A stretch of 64,000 bases of DNA, from assembly GCA_018815925.1 (NCBI GenBank), contig JAHIWS010000019.1, forward strand, positions 252-64,251, in the 5' to 3' direction. Shown in pieces: positions 40,428 to 50,022 of the stretch (position 1 is its first letter; every line of letters begins with the position of its first letter). The position numbers and the translations under genes were made by a program. The notes under the pieces were generated by a model. It was not told the DNA's origin and ran no database searches. It saw only the letters and a program-made list of their open reading frames with translations. This DNA comes from Nanobdellota archaeon (GTDB lineage Archaea; Nanobdellota; Nanobdellia; Pacearchaeales; GW2011-AR1).

Positions 40428-41030
40428 TTATTCTTTAAATTTATCAAATGCTTCTATTAAACCTGCACTATTTTCCTCAAAACCAATGCCCCCCCTATCA
40501 TAACCATAAACATCAATTGCAAGTTCTCTTTTAATTAAAAGTTCATTGCTATTAAGTTTTATAAGAATATCTGCACTCGAGTTATATATTGCATATCCCT
40601 GATGTCTGTTTTTTATTTTATGATATGAAAAGAAAAAAACTTGTTTTGACTTGATTAAATTTTTTTTGATTGCTATTACAACTGCTTTATAAATTTCTTT
40701 ATGTCTAGGGTGGCCATATTCTCCGTTTAATCCGTGTGTAAAGAGAATATCAAATGTTTTATTTTTAGTATGTTTGGAAATTGTTTTTAAAAATTGTTGT
40801 TGATTTAATGGTTTATTTAGGTGTTCATCATCTAAATCATAAATAAATCCTTTTACACCAAGAACTTTTATGACTTTTTTAAATTTAAGATATCTATCTT
40901 TGTCTGATTTCCTAGTCAAACAAACAATTGTTGTATCCCACCTTTTTTTGTTTCTAATTAAAGTTCCTCCTACCCAAAGTGTTTCATCATCTGGGTGTGC
41001 TACAATAACTAATACTTTTTTCTTTAACAT
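40428..41030 (-). CDS. PIG-L/LmbE-family deacetylase
   Basis: AHPDDE and THG..GEYGHPRH motifs. Confidence 0.9.
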   Translation of the reverse strand: MLKKKVLVIVAHPDDETLWVGGTLIRNKKRWDTTIVCLTRKSDKDRYLKFKKVIKVLGVKGFIYDLDDEHLNKPLNQQQFLKTISKHTKNKTFDILFTHGLNGEYGHPRHKEIYKAVVIAIKKNLIKSKQVFFFSYHKIKNRHQGYAIYNSSADILIKLNSNELLIKRELAIDVYGYDRGGIGFEENSAGLIEAFDKFKE

Positions 41031-41074
41031 GTTGAGGACAAGGTTTTTAATTACATAAATCTTTGTATGATTAT

Positions 41075-41273
41075 ATGAAAAAAGAGCAGAAGATTTTTGT
41101 TTATGTTTTAGCGGTGATATTAGTTATATTGTTTCTTACTTGTATTTGGGGGGCCCGCACCTGTTGAGCAACCTGGGATTTGTTCTGCTCTTATTGGAGA
41201 TCGAGGTCCTCAGGCAATGACATATGAAAAAGTTCAGACTGAGTTAAGAAATGCTCAATCTAGTTTTATTTAG
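41075..41273 (+). pseudogene. Possible frameshifted small membrane protein gene
   Basis: MKKEQKIFVYVLAVILVIL signal-like start; another frame continues VFGGPAPVEQPG...SSFI*. Confidence 0.3.
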
Positions 41274-41298
41274 AAACCTTTATTATCTCATAAACTCA

Positions 41299-41340
41299 GT
41301 CCGAAAAGTAATTAATGTCCGATAAGTGTCCGAAAAGTAA
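41299..41340. promoter_or_regulatory. Triple direct repeat GTCCGA(A/T)AAGT upstream of the HEPN gene
   Basis: gtccgaaaagtaa at 41299-41311 and 41328-41340; gtccgataagt at 41317-41327. Confidence 0.6.
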
Positions 41341-41372
41341 AGATTAAAAAGAAGTATTTCTTAATTAATTTT

Positions 41373-41918
41373 ATGAATAAAGAATTGAAAAATATACTTA
41401 ATTCAAAAGAGAAGATAGAAGAAATGGAATTAAGATATATGAAAGAAATAAATTTTTTTATTAAATTAACTAAAGAAAAAAAACTTAGATTAGTGGAACC
41501 AAGTGAAGAACTAAAAAAATCTTATTTGGAAAAATCTGAGAGTAATATGGTTTCTGCAAAAATCTTATTAAAAAACTCCAGATTAGAAGAAGCTGTTTCT
41601 TTAACTTATTATAGTATGTATAACCTTTTAATGGCATTATTTTTTAAGTCAAGAATAAAAAGTGAAAATCATTTAGCTACAACAAGCCTATTAGAGAAAA
41701 TATTTGGATTAGATAATTCTTTTGTTATTTTTGCTAAAAAGGAAAGAGTTGATAAACAATATTATGTTGACTTTAAAATAACTAAAAAAGATGTAGAAAT
41801 TTTAATTCAAAAAGCAGAGGATTTTAATTTAAATTTATTTGATTTTATTTCAAAATTGACTAATGAGAAAATTAAAAACTATAGAGATAAATTTATTAAT
41901 TTAATTAATTTTAATTAA
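41373..41918 (+). CDS. HEPN-domain protein
   Basis: SYLEKS..NM.SAK, YYSMY, KSENH, RVDKQYY, AEDF pattern typical of archaeal HEPN. Confidence 0.8.
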   Translation: MNKELKNILNSKEKIEEMELRYMKEINFFIKLTKEKKLRLVEPSEELKKSYLEKSESNMVSAKILLKNSRLEEAVSLTYYSMYNLLMALFFKSRIKSENHLATTSLLEKIFGLDNSFVIFAKKERVDKQYYVDFKITKKDVEILIQKAEDFNLNLFDFISKLTNEKIKNYRDKFINLINFN

Positions 41919-41937
41919 TTAACAAAAAGGTGAATAA

Positions 41938-42849
41938 ATGTTTGATGTAATTACTTTTGGAAGTGCTGTTATTGATGTTTTTGTAGACACAGATATAGCT
42001 GAAAAAAAAGGATTTATGGCTTATCCTGTTGGATCAAAAATATTACTTAAAGATATAAAATTTGATATTGGGGGTGGAGGAACTAATACTGCTGTAGCTT
42101 TCTCTAGGTTAGGATTAAAAACAGGTTATATGGGAAAAGTAGGTGATGATACTGACGGAAAATCCATTTTAAATGTATTACATAAAGAAAAAATAAAATT
42201 TCTAGGTAAAATTGAAAAACAAGGAATATCAGGTTATTCTATTATTTTAGATAGCAAAGAAAATAATAGAACCATCTTAACATTTAAAGGGACAAATAAT
42301 AATTTAAAATTTGATGAATTAAAATTAAAAAAAATAAAAACAAAATGGCTTTATTTAACTTCCTTGTTAGAAAACAGCTTTATTGCTCAAAAAAAACTAG
42401 TCTCCTATTTAGCTAGTCGGGGGATAAAAATTGCATTTAATCCAAGTTCTTACCTAATTAAAAGATTAGATTTAAAACCAATTTTAAAATTTTGTGAAGT
42501 AATAATTTTTAATAAAGAAGAAGCACAAATGTTGGCTAAAAAAAATAAAATTAAAAACAAGAATTTGATTAAAGGACTTCATGATTTAGGTGTAAAAATT
42601 ATTGTTATAACTGATAAAAACAAAAAAATCTGGGCTTATGATGGTATAAAAAAATACTCTATCCAACCTCATAAAATAAAAGTTGTTGAAAGAACTGGTG
42701 CAGGAGATGCTTTTGGTGCAGGATTTGTTGCTGGATTAATTGTTAATAAAAGCATTGAAGGATGTTTAAAATTAGGTTTAAAAGAAAGTGAGAGTGTATT
42801 AAGACATTTTGGTGCTAAAAATAATTTGTTAAGGATGAAGTTAAAATGA
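41938..42849 (+). CDS. PfkB/ribokinase-family carbohydrate kinase
   Basis: GGGGTNTAVAFSRLG, NKEEA, ERTGAGDAF motifs. Confidence 0.93.
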   Translation: MFDVITFGSAVIDVFVDTDIAEKKGFMAYPVGSKILLKDIKFDIGGGGTNTAVAFSRLGLKTGYMGKVGDDTDGKSILNVLHKEKIKFLGKIEKQGISGYSIILDSKENNRTILTFKGTNNNLKFDELKLKKIKTKWLYLTSLLENSFIAQKKLVSYLASRGIKIAFNPSSYLIKRLDLKPILKFCEVIIFNKEEAQMLAKKNKIKNKNLIKGLHDLGVKIIVITDKNKKIWAYDGIKKYSIQPHKIKVVERTGAGDAFGAGFVAGLIVNKSIEGCLKLGLKESESVLRHFGAKNNLLRMKLK

Positions 42850-43595
42850 TTAATTTAAATAAAATAACTCACAGAGGAAAAGCACTTTTTTTAGCATATG
42901 ATCAAGGACTTGAACATGGACCAATTGATTTTAATGATAAAAATGTTGATCCTCTTTATATTTTAGATATTGCTAAAAAAGGAAAATATACAGGTATAGT
43001 CTTTCAAAAAGGAATTGCAGAAAAATACAAAAAAGAAATCAAAAAAAGTAAAATTCCACTTATTTTAAAATTAAATGGGAAAACTAATTTAGTTAAAGGA
43101 GATCCTATATCCGAGGAATTATGCACTGTTAAAGAAGCAGTTAAGTTGGGGGCTAGTGCTGTTGGTTATACTATTTATTTAGGAAGTGTTCATGAATCAA
43201 ATATGTTTGATGATTTTGAAGATATTCAAAAAGAGGCTCATAAAGTAGGTTTGCCTGTTATTGTTTGGATGTATCCTAGGGGTAAGAACATTAAAGGAAA
43301 GTCAAAAACAGAATTAATGGCTTATGCTACAAGAGTTGCATTAGAGCTTGGTGCAGATATTGTTAAAATTCAGCCTTTTGGGAAATTGAAAGATTTAGCT
43401 TGGGCAGCAAAGTCAGCAGGAAGAGTAAAAGTTGTTAGTGCTGGGGGAAGCAAGAAGAATGAGAATGATTTAATTAAACAAGTTAAAGAATACATTAAAG
43501 CAGGATTTATTGGAATGGCAATTGGAAGAAATGTTTGGCAAGCTAAAAATCCTATGGATGTAACTAATAAATTAAAAAAGGTGATTTGGGGATGA
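42846..43595 (+). CDS. Class I (DhnA-type) fructose-bisphosphate aldolase
   Basis: AYDQGLEHGP, LKLNGKT, WMYPRG, ELGADIVK, AGG, GRNVWQ motifs. Confidence 0.93.
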   Translation: MINLNKITHRGKALFLAYDQGLEHGPIDFNDKNVDPLYILDIAKKGKYTGIVFQKGIAEKYKKEIKKSKIPLILKLNGKTNLVKGDPISEELCTVKEAVKLGASAVGYTIYLGSVHESNMFDDFEDIQKEAHKVGLPVIVWMYPRGKNIKGKSKTELMAYATRVALELGADIVKIQPFGKLKDLAWAAKSAGRVKVVSAGGSKKNENDLIKQVKEYIKAGFIGMAIGRNVWQAKNPMDVTNKLKKVIWG

Positions 43596-44218
43596 AACCA
43601 ATTGTAATAATTAATTTCAAAACATATAAATCTGGAAAAGATACATTGAAGTTAGCTAAAGTAATTGAGAAATTTGATAAGAAAATAATAATTGGAGTTC
43701 AGGCAACAGATTTACATTCAATTTACTCTTTAACAAATTTACCTATATTTATTCAACATGTTGATTTTGTTGAGTCTGGAAAAAATACAGGGTTTATTAC
43801 TCCTGAAGCAGTTTATGATGTTGGGGCTAGGGGGGTCTTTTTAAATCATTCAGAGCATAAGTTGAAATATAGAGTTATTAAGAAAACAGTTAAGAGATGT
43901 AAAAAAATTGGTTTGAAAGTTGCTGTTTTTGCAGGTAGTTTAAAAGAAGCAAAAAAATTAAGAAGATTAAAGCCGGATTATTTAATTTATGAACCTCCTG
44001 AACTTGTTGGAGGTAAAATTTCTGTTTCAAAAGCAAAACCAGAAATTATTGGGAAAATTGCAGAAAAACTCAAATATCCTTTTTTAGTTGGAGCTGGAGT
44101 TAAAACTAGTGAAGATATTAAGATTGCAATGAAATTAGGTGCTAAAGGTATTGCTGTTTCTAGTGCTATTACTAAAGCAAAGAATCCTAAGAAGGTATTA
44201 AAGAAGTTGTTAGGATAA
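43592..44218 (+). CDS. tpiA: Triosephosphate isomerase (archaeal type)
   Basis: INFKTY, QHVD, LNHSEH, YEPPELVG, VGAGV motifs; start ATG 43592. Confidence 0.95.
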   Translation: MKPIVIINFKTYKSGKDTLKLAKVIEKFDKKIIIGVQATDLHSIYSLTNLPIFIQHVDFVESGKNTGFITPEAVYDVGARGVFLNHSEHKLKYRVIKKTVKRCKKIGLKVAVFAGSLKEAKKLRRLKPDYLIYEPPELVGGKISVSKAKPEIIGKIAEKLKYPFLVGAGVKTSEDIKIAMKLGAKGIAVSSAITKAKNPKKVLKKLLG

Positions 44219-44254
44219 AAGAATATAAAACTTATTAAATTAAATTACTAAAAA

Positions 44255-45007
44255 TTACAAAGCAGCAATCCAACCACCATCTGCAACTATCTCTGCCCCA
44301 GTCATATAAGAAGAAGCGTCGCTTGCTAAAAAAACTGCAGGTCCAGCAATATCAACTGGTTTACCAACTCTTTTTATTAAAAATTTAGACATCATTCCTG
44401 CAAGTGTTTTTTTGTCTTTTGTAAATCCTGTTGTCATAGGAGTATCAATCAAACCAGGATGAATTGAATTAACTCTTATTCCCAAAGCTCCAACTTCTGC
44501 TGCAAGTGCTTTTGTAAATAATCTAATAGCACCTTTACTTGCACAATAAGCTGCTCCTCCAGCAGAACCCTCTATCCCTGCTACTGAAGAAATATTAATT
44601 ATACTAGCACCTTTTTTCATATATTTTAAAACAGCCTGACTGCATAAAAAAGGTCCTTTTGCATTTATACCTAAGGTTTTATCCCATATCTCCTCTTTCA
44701 TATCAGAAACATTTCCAGTAAGATAAACCCCCGCATTATTCACTAAAATATTAATTTTCTTAAAAACTTTTATTGTTTGCGAAATAAGATATTCTACTTG
44801 TTTTTTATCAGAAATATCTGTTTTCACATAAATAGCTTTTCTCTTTAATTTTTTTATTTTATTAACTGTATCTTGTCCTGGAATTATATCAGAAACAACA
44901 ATATCTGCTCCATGCTTTGCAAGTTCTAATGCAATTCCTTTACCAATTCCTCTTGCTGCACCAGTAACAATAGCAACCTTACCATTTAAATCGAAAAGAT
45001 TATTCAT
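44255..45007 (-). CDS. Short-chain dehydrogenase/reductase
   Basis: TGAARGIG, NNAG, YCASK, IRVNSIHPG motifs. Confidence 0.94.
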   Translation of the reverse strand: MNNLFDLNGKVAIVTGAARGIGKGIALELAKHGADIVVSDIIPGQDTVNKIKKLKRKAIYVKTDISDKKQVEYLISQTIKVFKKINILVNNAGVYLTGNVSDMKEEIWDKTLGINAKGPFLCSQAVLKYMKKGASIINISSVAGIEGSAGGAAYCASKGAIRLFTKALAAEVGALGIRVNSIHPGLIDTPMTTGFTKDKKTLAGMMSKFLIKRVGKPVDIAGPAVFLASDASSYMTGAEIVADGGWIAAL

Positions 45008-45141
45008 TTTTTTTCCCTCTTTTTATAATATATTAACTTAATTAAAATCCTTAATTATTTAAAGGTTTCTAAAAATATATTATTAACCAAAAAACTCAAT
45101 CTCTCAGCAAACTATTTAAATCATTCTTCCTTTTTTAAATC

Positions 45142-45474
45142 ATGAAAAAAGTGGTTAGGCCTTGGGGTAATTTTAAAGAATTTGTTAAAAATAAAAAATG
45201 TACTATTAAGATTATTGAAGTTAAACCTAGACAAAAATTAAGCCTGCAATATCATAAAAAAAGAGATGAAGTTTGGTATTTTTTAGATAAAGCCGTGGTT
45301 CAGTTAGGAAAAAAGAAATTTAGAGTAAAACCAGGAGAATTAATTAAAGTTCATAAGAAAAAAGCTCATAGGGTCATTGCGGGATTAAAAAAAGTCATAT
45401 TTTTAGAAATTGCCTATGGTAATTTTAGTGAACAAGATGAAGTGAGGTTAGAGGATAAATATGGTAGAAAGTAA
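45142..45474 (+). CDS. Mannose-6-phosphate isomerase type II cupin
   Basis: RPWG, LSLQYH..RDEVW, HR, LEI..G, RLEDKYGR motifs. Confidence 0.88.
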   Translation: MKKVVRPWGNFKEFVKNKKCTIKIIEVKPRQKLSLQYHKKRDEVWYFLDKAVVQLGKKKFRVKPGELIKVHKKKAHRVIAGLKKVIFLEIAYGNFSEQDEVRLEDKYGRK

Positions 45475-46276
45475 GGTTATTGCAGTTGATTTAGGAGGAA
45501 CTAATTTAAGAGTTGCATTGGTTAAAGGTAAAAAAATTTTAAATTATGTTAAAGTTTCTACACCCAAAACTAAAAATGAAATACTAGATTCCCTTGTTAA
45601 TTCTATCAAAAAAGTTATGACTAAAGATGTAAAAGCTATTGGAGTTGGTAGTCCTGGTCCTTTAAAAAAAGGAGTTATTATTAATAGTCCAAATCTCCCC
45701 TTTAAAATATTTGATCTTAAGGAATTTTTAAAGAAAAAATTTAATAAAAGAGTTGAAGTTGCAAATGATGCCGATGTTGTAGCATTATCAGAAATGACTT
45801 ATGGGGTAAAGAAAAAGAATTTTTTTATTTTAACTCTTGGAACAGGAATTGGAGGGGGAGTAATCATTAATCATGAACTTTATAGTGGAGAAGGATATGC
45901 AGGGGAATTAGGTCAAATTCTTATCCATAATGGAAAAGATATGGAAACCTACTGGCAAAATCTTAGAAAACAATGTAAAAAATATTTTGGAAGAGAAATG
46001 ATGGTTAAAGAATTACTTAAGTCTAAAGATAAAAGAGCAATAAAAATTCTAAAAGAGGTTAGTTCTTATCTAGGGCAAGGAATAGCAAGCTTAATTCATG
46101 TGTTTGATCCTGAAGTTGTTGTATTAATCGGTGGAGCAAGAGAAACTGGAAACAAATTTTTAAATATGATTAAGAAAGAAACATACAAAGCTCTTATGAT
46201 CCCCCATAAAACTCCAATTAAGTGGAGTAAAATTAAACATCCTGGAATATTGGGAGCCTCATTATTAGTCAAATGA
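45461..46276 (+). CDS. ROK-family sugar kinase
   Basis: DLGGTN, PGP, NDA, TLGTGIGGG, AGELG motifs. Confidence 0.92.
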   Translation: MVESKVIAVDLGGTNLRVALVKGKKILNYVKVSTPKTKNEILDSLVNSIKKVMTKDVKAIGVGSPGPLKKGVIINSPNLPFKIFDLKEFLKKKFNKRVEVANDADVVALSEMTYGVKKKNFFILTLGTGIGGGVIINHELYSGEGYAGELGQILIHNGKDMETYWQNLRKQCKKYFGREMMVKELLKSKDKRAIKILKEVSSYLGQGIASLIHVFDPEVVVLIGGARETGNKFLNMIKKETYKALMIPHKTPIKWSKIKHPGILGASLLVK

Positions 46277-46590
46277 AATTTAAAGAATTTATTCAACTAG
46301 ATAAAAAAAAGTTATTAATAACTTTGGTTTTGTTTATAATCTGGGTTATTTTTGCACATTCTATTAATCAGTTTATGCTTTGTGATTGTATTGATACACC
46401 TTTAGATTATTTTGAAACATGTACTGATTATTATGATTACTTAATTTTTGATAGTATAGAGTGCCATTGTACATGTGTTCAAGGAAACAAATTAATCAGA
46501 AATTATTTTTGGTTTGGATTAATTCCCTTAATAATAATTTACTTAATTGTTAGTATTATTTTTTACTTACTTAATAGGAGGAGAAAATGA
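46273..46590 (+). CDS. Two-TM membrane protein with a Cys-rich loop
   Basis: Two TM segments flanking CDC...C...CHCTC; overlaps both neighbours by ATGA. Confidence 0.6.
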   Translation: MKFKEFIQLDKKKLLITLVLFIIWVIFAHSINQFMLCDCIDTPLDYFETCTDYYDYLIFDSIECHCTCVQGNKLIRNYFWFGLIPLIIIYLIVSIIFYLLNRRRK

Positions 46591-47426
46591 AAATCATAAA
46601 ACGTGCGCGTGTTCCTATAAGAATTGATTTTGCAGGAGGAACAACAGATATTGCATATTTTTCCCACAAATATGGGGGAGCTGTTTTAAATGCAGCAATT
46701 AATAAATATGTATCTGGAAAACTTATTAAAAAAAACAACAAAACACATTTGGAATATACTGGAAAAATTCCAACATCATCTGGACTTGGAACATCTGGTG
46801 CAATGAATGTTTTATGGTTATCTTTAATTAATAAAAATAAAAATAGAAAAGAGTTGGCAAATATGGCCTATAAAATAGAACAAGATATGGGAATTGTTGG
46901 AGGAACACAAGACCATTATGCAGCTAGTTTTGGTGGAATAAATTTTTTAGAATTTAAAAAAAACAAAATTATTAGAACCCCCATCAAACTAAAAAAACCC
47001 TTTATAGAAGAACTTGAGAATAATTTAATTTTAGTTTATACAGGTCTTCCTCATTTTGAATCAACTGCAAATAAAAACATGATTGATAATATAAAAAAGG
47101 GAAAGCACATTCAAAATTTAATAAGAATAAGAGAAATAGCAAAAGAAATGAAAAATGCACTTTTAAAAAAAGATTTGACTAGATTTTCTGAATTACTTAA
47201 TGAGGAAACTGAAAATAGGAAAAAACTTGATAGTGCTGTTCTTCCTCCTGGAGCAAAAGAAATCATTAAACATGGATTTTCTCATGGAGCAACAGCAGCA
47301 AAGATTTGTGGCTCTGGAAATGGGGGAAGTATTTTATTTTTTGGAAATAAAAAGAAACTAAAAAAGAAGTTTAAGAAAAGCGTTATTGATTTTAAGTTTG
47401 ATTTTGAAGGGTTGAGGGTTTGGTAA
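46587..47426 (+). CDS. GHMP-family sugar kinase (HddA/fucokinase-like)
   Basis: PIRIDFAGGTTD, IPTSSGLGTSG, GGTQD.YA..FGG, KICGSGNGG motifs. Confidence 0.88.
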   Translation: MKIIKRARVPIRIDFAGGTTDIAYFSHKYGGAVLNAAINKYVSGKLIKKNNKTHLEYTGKIPTSSGLGTSGAMNVLWLSLINKNKNRKELANMAYKIEQDMGIVGGTQDHYAASFGGINFLEFKKNKIIRTPIKLKKPFIEELENNLILVYTGLPHFESTANKNMIDNIKKGKHIQNLIRIREIAKEMKNALLKKDLTRFSELLNEETENRKKLDSAVLPPGAKEIIKHGFSHGATAAKICGSGNGGSILFFGNKKKLKKKFKKSVIDFKFDFEGLRVW

Positions 47427-47453
47427 TTATTTGGTTTTTTGTTTTGGGGATTC

Positions 47454-48743
47454 TTACAAATTCTGAATTTCTACTAAAGCTCCAGATTCATTTGCATCAA
47501 GAACTGTTATTACCATTTTGTTGTATTCATCTGTGTAGTTCTGGTTTTTTTCAAGATAAACATACATATTTTCAATTGGGGCTCCATAATCAGTATATAT
47601 AATTGAGTTTTTTGGATGCATATTTAGTAAAACCGTGTACCATCCACTTGTTTGTTCATCTTCAATATAATTACCAAATCTTATAAACACCCCTTTAGTG
47701 GGTTGAAAACCACTTTGGTTTATTAATTTGTATTCAAGGAAATAGTGTGAAAAAAATTCTATGGCTATCTCAGGAAATTCCGCTTCGCCCCATTTTTTAG
47801 GTATCATAAGTCCTTTAATCTCAGATTTGTTTTGGAATTGAGAATTAATTGGAGTAATCCAATAAGTTCCTTTTGTAACTTCAGGAACATTGTTTTTTTC
47901 AAGCCACCCTAAAATTAATTTATTTCTAATGTTATAGTGTTCTTTTGAAGCGCTACCCATTGGATCATAGTGCTCCTCTGAAACAAAATTACAGTTGTTG
48001 CCTATTGTAACTTTGTTTCCCTCATTGTCATTACAATCTAACATATAAGCATGATTCAATCCTAAATTATGCCCAATTTCATGTGCTAATATGTTTGAGC
48101 TAGGGGGTGAAAATGGTTTTTCTGGAGTTTTAGTTTTAGGAAAGCCAACAAAAGAAAGCTGAATTTTTCCTTCATTAGTATTATATTCTAGTCTTCCAAT
48201 AGTTCCATGGGGTCTACAATTCCAAAAAGGATTTTCTGTGTTTTTTTCAAAAATGGTGATTATTCCATAATATTCCTTAAAATCAATAAGGGGGTCTAAA
48301 AGATTGACTATATAAGAGCTCCAATGTTCTCCAACACAGGGTCCCAACTCATTTGGAATCTCATTTGAAATGATGCTAGTAACATACCAATAATTAATAT
48401 TCATTTTTCCATAAGATACCTCTGTAAAATAATCATTAGCATTATTAATAAGGTCTTCACTAAAACCTTGAGAATCAAAATCTGGGTAATCTTCTTGGAA
48501 TGCATAAACTATTGCATATTTTTTTTCTTCAAGAACTCCATTAAAATTTTCTACCTCTGTATTTTTTGTTATAATTGTTTCTGGATTAGAATTATCCTCT
48601 TTTGAATTGAAATAAAAAATAAGTCCGATAAGAAAAACCACTCCAATAATTATTAGAAATAAATAACTCTTTGGTTTTTTTTGCAACTGATTTGAAGGAA
48701 AATGTTGAAATGTTTGTCCTGGAGGGTATTTGGGATCAACCAT
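47454..48743 (-). CDS. Membrane-anchored metzincin metalloprotease (M11/M6-like)
   Basis: N-terminal TM; HEIGHNLGLNH zinc motif; DPMG Met-turn. Confidence 0.85.
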   Translation of the reverse strand: MVDPKYPPGQTFQHFPSNQLQKKPKSYLFLIIIGVVFLIGLIFYFNSKEDNSNPETIITKNTEVENFNGVLEEKKYAIVYAFQEDYPDFDSQGFSEDLINNANDYFTEVSYGKMNINYWYVTSIISNEIPNELGPCVGEHWSSYIVNLLDPLIDFKEYYGIITIFEKNTENPFWNCRPHGTIGRLEYNTNEGKIQLSFVGFPKTKTPEKPFSPPSSNILAHEIGHNLGLNHAYMLDCNDNEGNKVTIGNNCNFVSEEHYDPMGSASKEHYNIRNKLILGWLEKNNVPEVTKGTYWITPINSQFQNKSEIKGLMIPKKWGEAEFPEIAIEFFSHYFLEYKLINQSGFQPTKGVFIRFGNYIEDEQTSGWYTVLLNMHPKNSIIYTDYGAPIENMYVYLEKNQNYTDEYNKMVITVLDANESGALVEIQNL

Positions 48744-48860
48744 TAACTAATATTGATTTTTGAATTATTAAAGCTTACTAAATAATCAGGTATTAATTTT
48801 TTCCCTATATTTCAAGGCAAAATTAGCTTGTTTTTTAGAGGGTAGATTATTTATTTAGGA

Positions 48861-50000
48861 TTACTGCACACCCTCATAAATCTTAAAGGTCTTTTTCGCA
48901 ATTATATTCCAACCAGAGACATTCTTAACATATAGCGCTGCGTTTTTGGAATATTTATTTCTTAGTGTTTTTGATGCAAGAAGCTTAAGAATTGTCTTGT
49001 AAAAATCATTTCTTCTGTGTTTCATTTTTACTAATAGACCTGCTTTTGAATTTCTTATTTCTGCTCCAAGACCTTCAATATCTGTTACAATTGCAGGAGT
49101 ATGTGCTGCAAATCCATTAGCTAAAACTCCTGATTGAGACTCAGATTTATACGGAAGAGCTAAAATATCAAAACTTGCAAGTCTTTTCAAAAACTCTAGC
49201 TTTTTATAATCTTTAACAATTAATTCAATGTTATTATTTACTTTGCTCTTCATTATAGCTTTCATTACCTCATTAATATAAATTCTAGTTAGTTTATCTG
49301 CATGTGGTTTTATTTCAAGGACGAGAAATGCATTTGGAAACCTTTTTACTATCTTTGGCCATTGTCTTATCATTGTCCTAAAACCTTTTCTTTGATCAGC
49401 AATTCCAGCTGCTCCTACTACTAATTTATCTGTGTAGCCATATTCTCTTCTTAATTTTTTTTTATCTGGGTTAAATTCATTATCAGATCCATGGGGAAGA
49501 ACATAAAGGTTTTTTGGAATGAAACCTATATTCTTTTTTAAGGCTTGCTTTTGATAATCTTCATGAAAGATTCCTGCACTTAATAATTGAAGACTTTCTT
49601 TAACAAAAAATTTGTGAGGAGGCTCTAATTTTTCATAGATACTGTGATAGGTCATAACTGTTGGAATTTTTTCTTGTTTTAGTTTTTCAAGTAATTTCAA
49701 AAGATGCCTATTTTGATCTTCATAGGTTTCATATAACCCATATTCATGTTGTATATGTACTATAGAAGGTGTTTCTTTTTTTATTATTTTAAATACCTTT
49801 TCATCCCAATCTCTGTCAGTTTGATCAATCACAGGATAATTTGCTTTTGCTGCATCAATATGTGATATTATTTTTATGGATATTTTTTGATTATGTTTTT
49901 TTGCATAATTTTTTATTGCATTAATATAATCTTGTGAATAAAAAGCAATACCACATGAGCGAGGCAAATAACTACTAATCCATATCACCTTTTTCATCAT
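48861..50000 (-). CDS. GT4 glycosyltransferase
   Basis: SYLPRSCGIAFY, HIQHEYGLY, PHG, RKG, LPY..ESQSGVL motifs. Confidence 0.88.
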   Translation of the reverse strand: MMKKVIWISSYLPRSCGIAFYSQDYINAIKNYAKKHNQKISIKIISHIDAAKANYPVIDQTDRDWDEKVFKIIKKETPSIVHIQHEYGLYETYEDQNRHLLKLLEKLKQEKIPTVMTYHSIYEKLEPPHKFFVKESLQLLSAGIFHEDYQKQALKKNIGFIPKNLYVLPHGSDNEFNPDKKKLRREYGYTDKLVVGAAGIADQRKGFRTMIRQWPKIVKRFPNAFLVLEIKPHADKLTRIYINEVMKAIMKSKVNNNIELIVKDYKKLEFLKRLASFDILALPYKSESQSGVLANGFAAHTPAIVTDIEGLGAEIRNSKAGLLVKMKHRRNDFYKTILKLLASKTLRNKYSKNAALYVKNVSGWNIIAKKTFKIYEGVQ

Positions 50001-50022
50001 AAAAGAAAAAACCCAATAAGTT

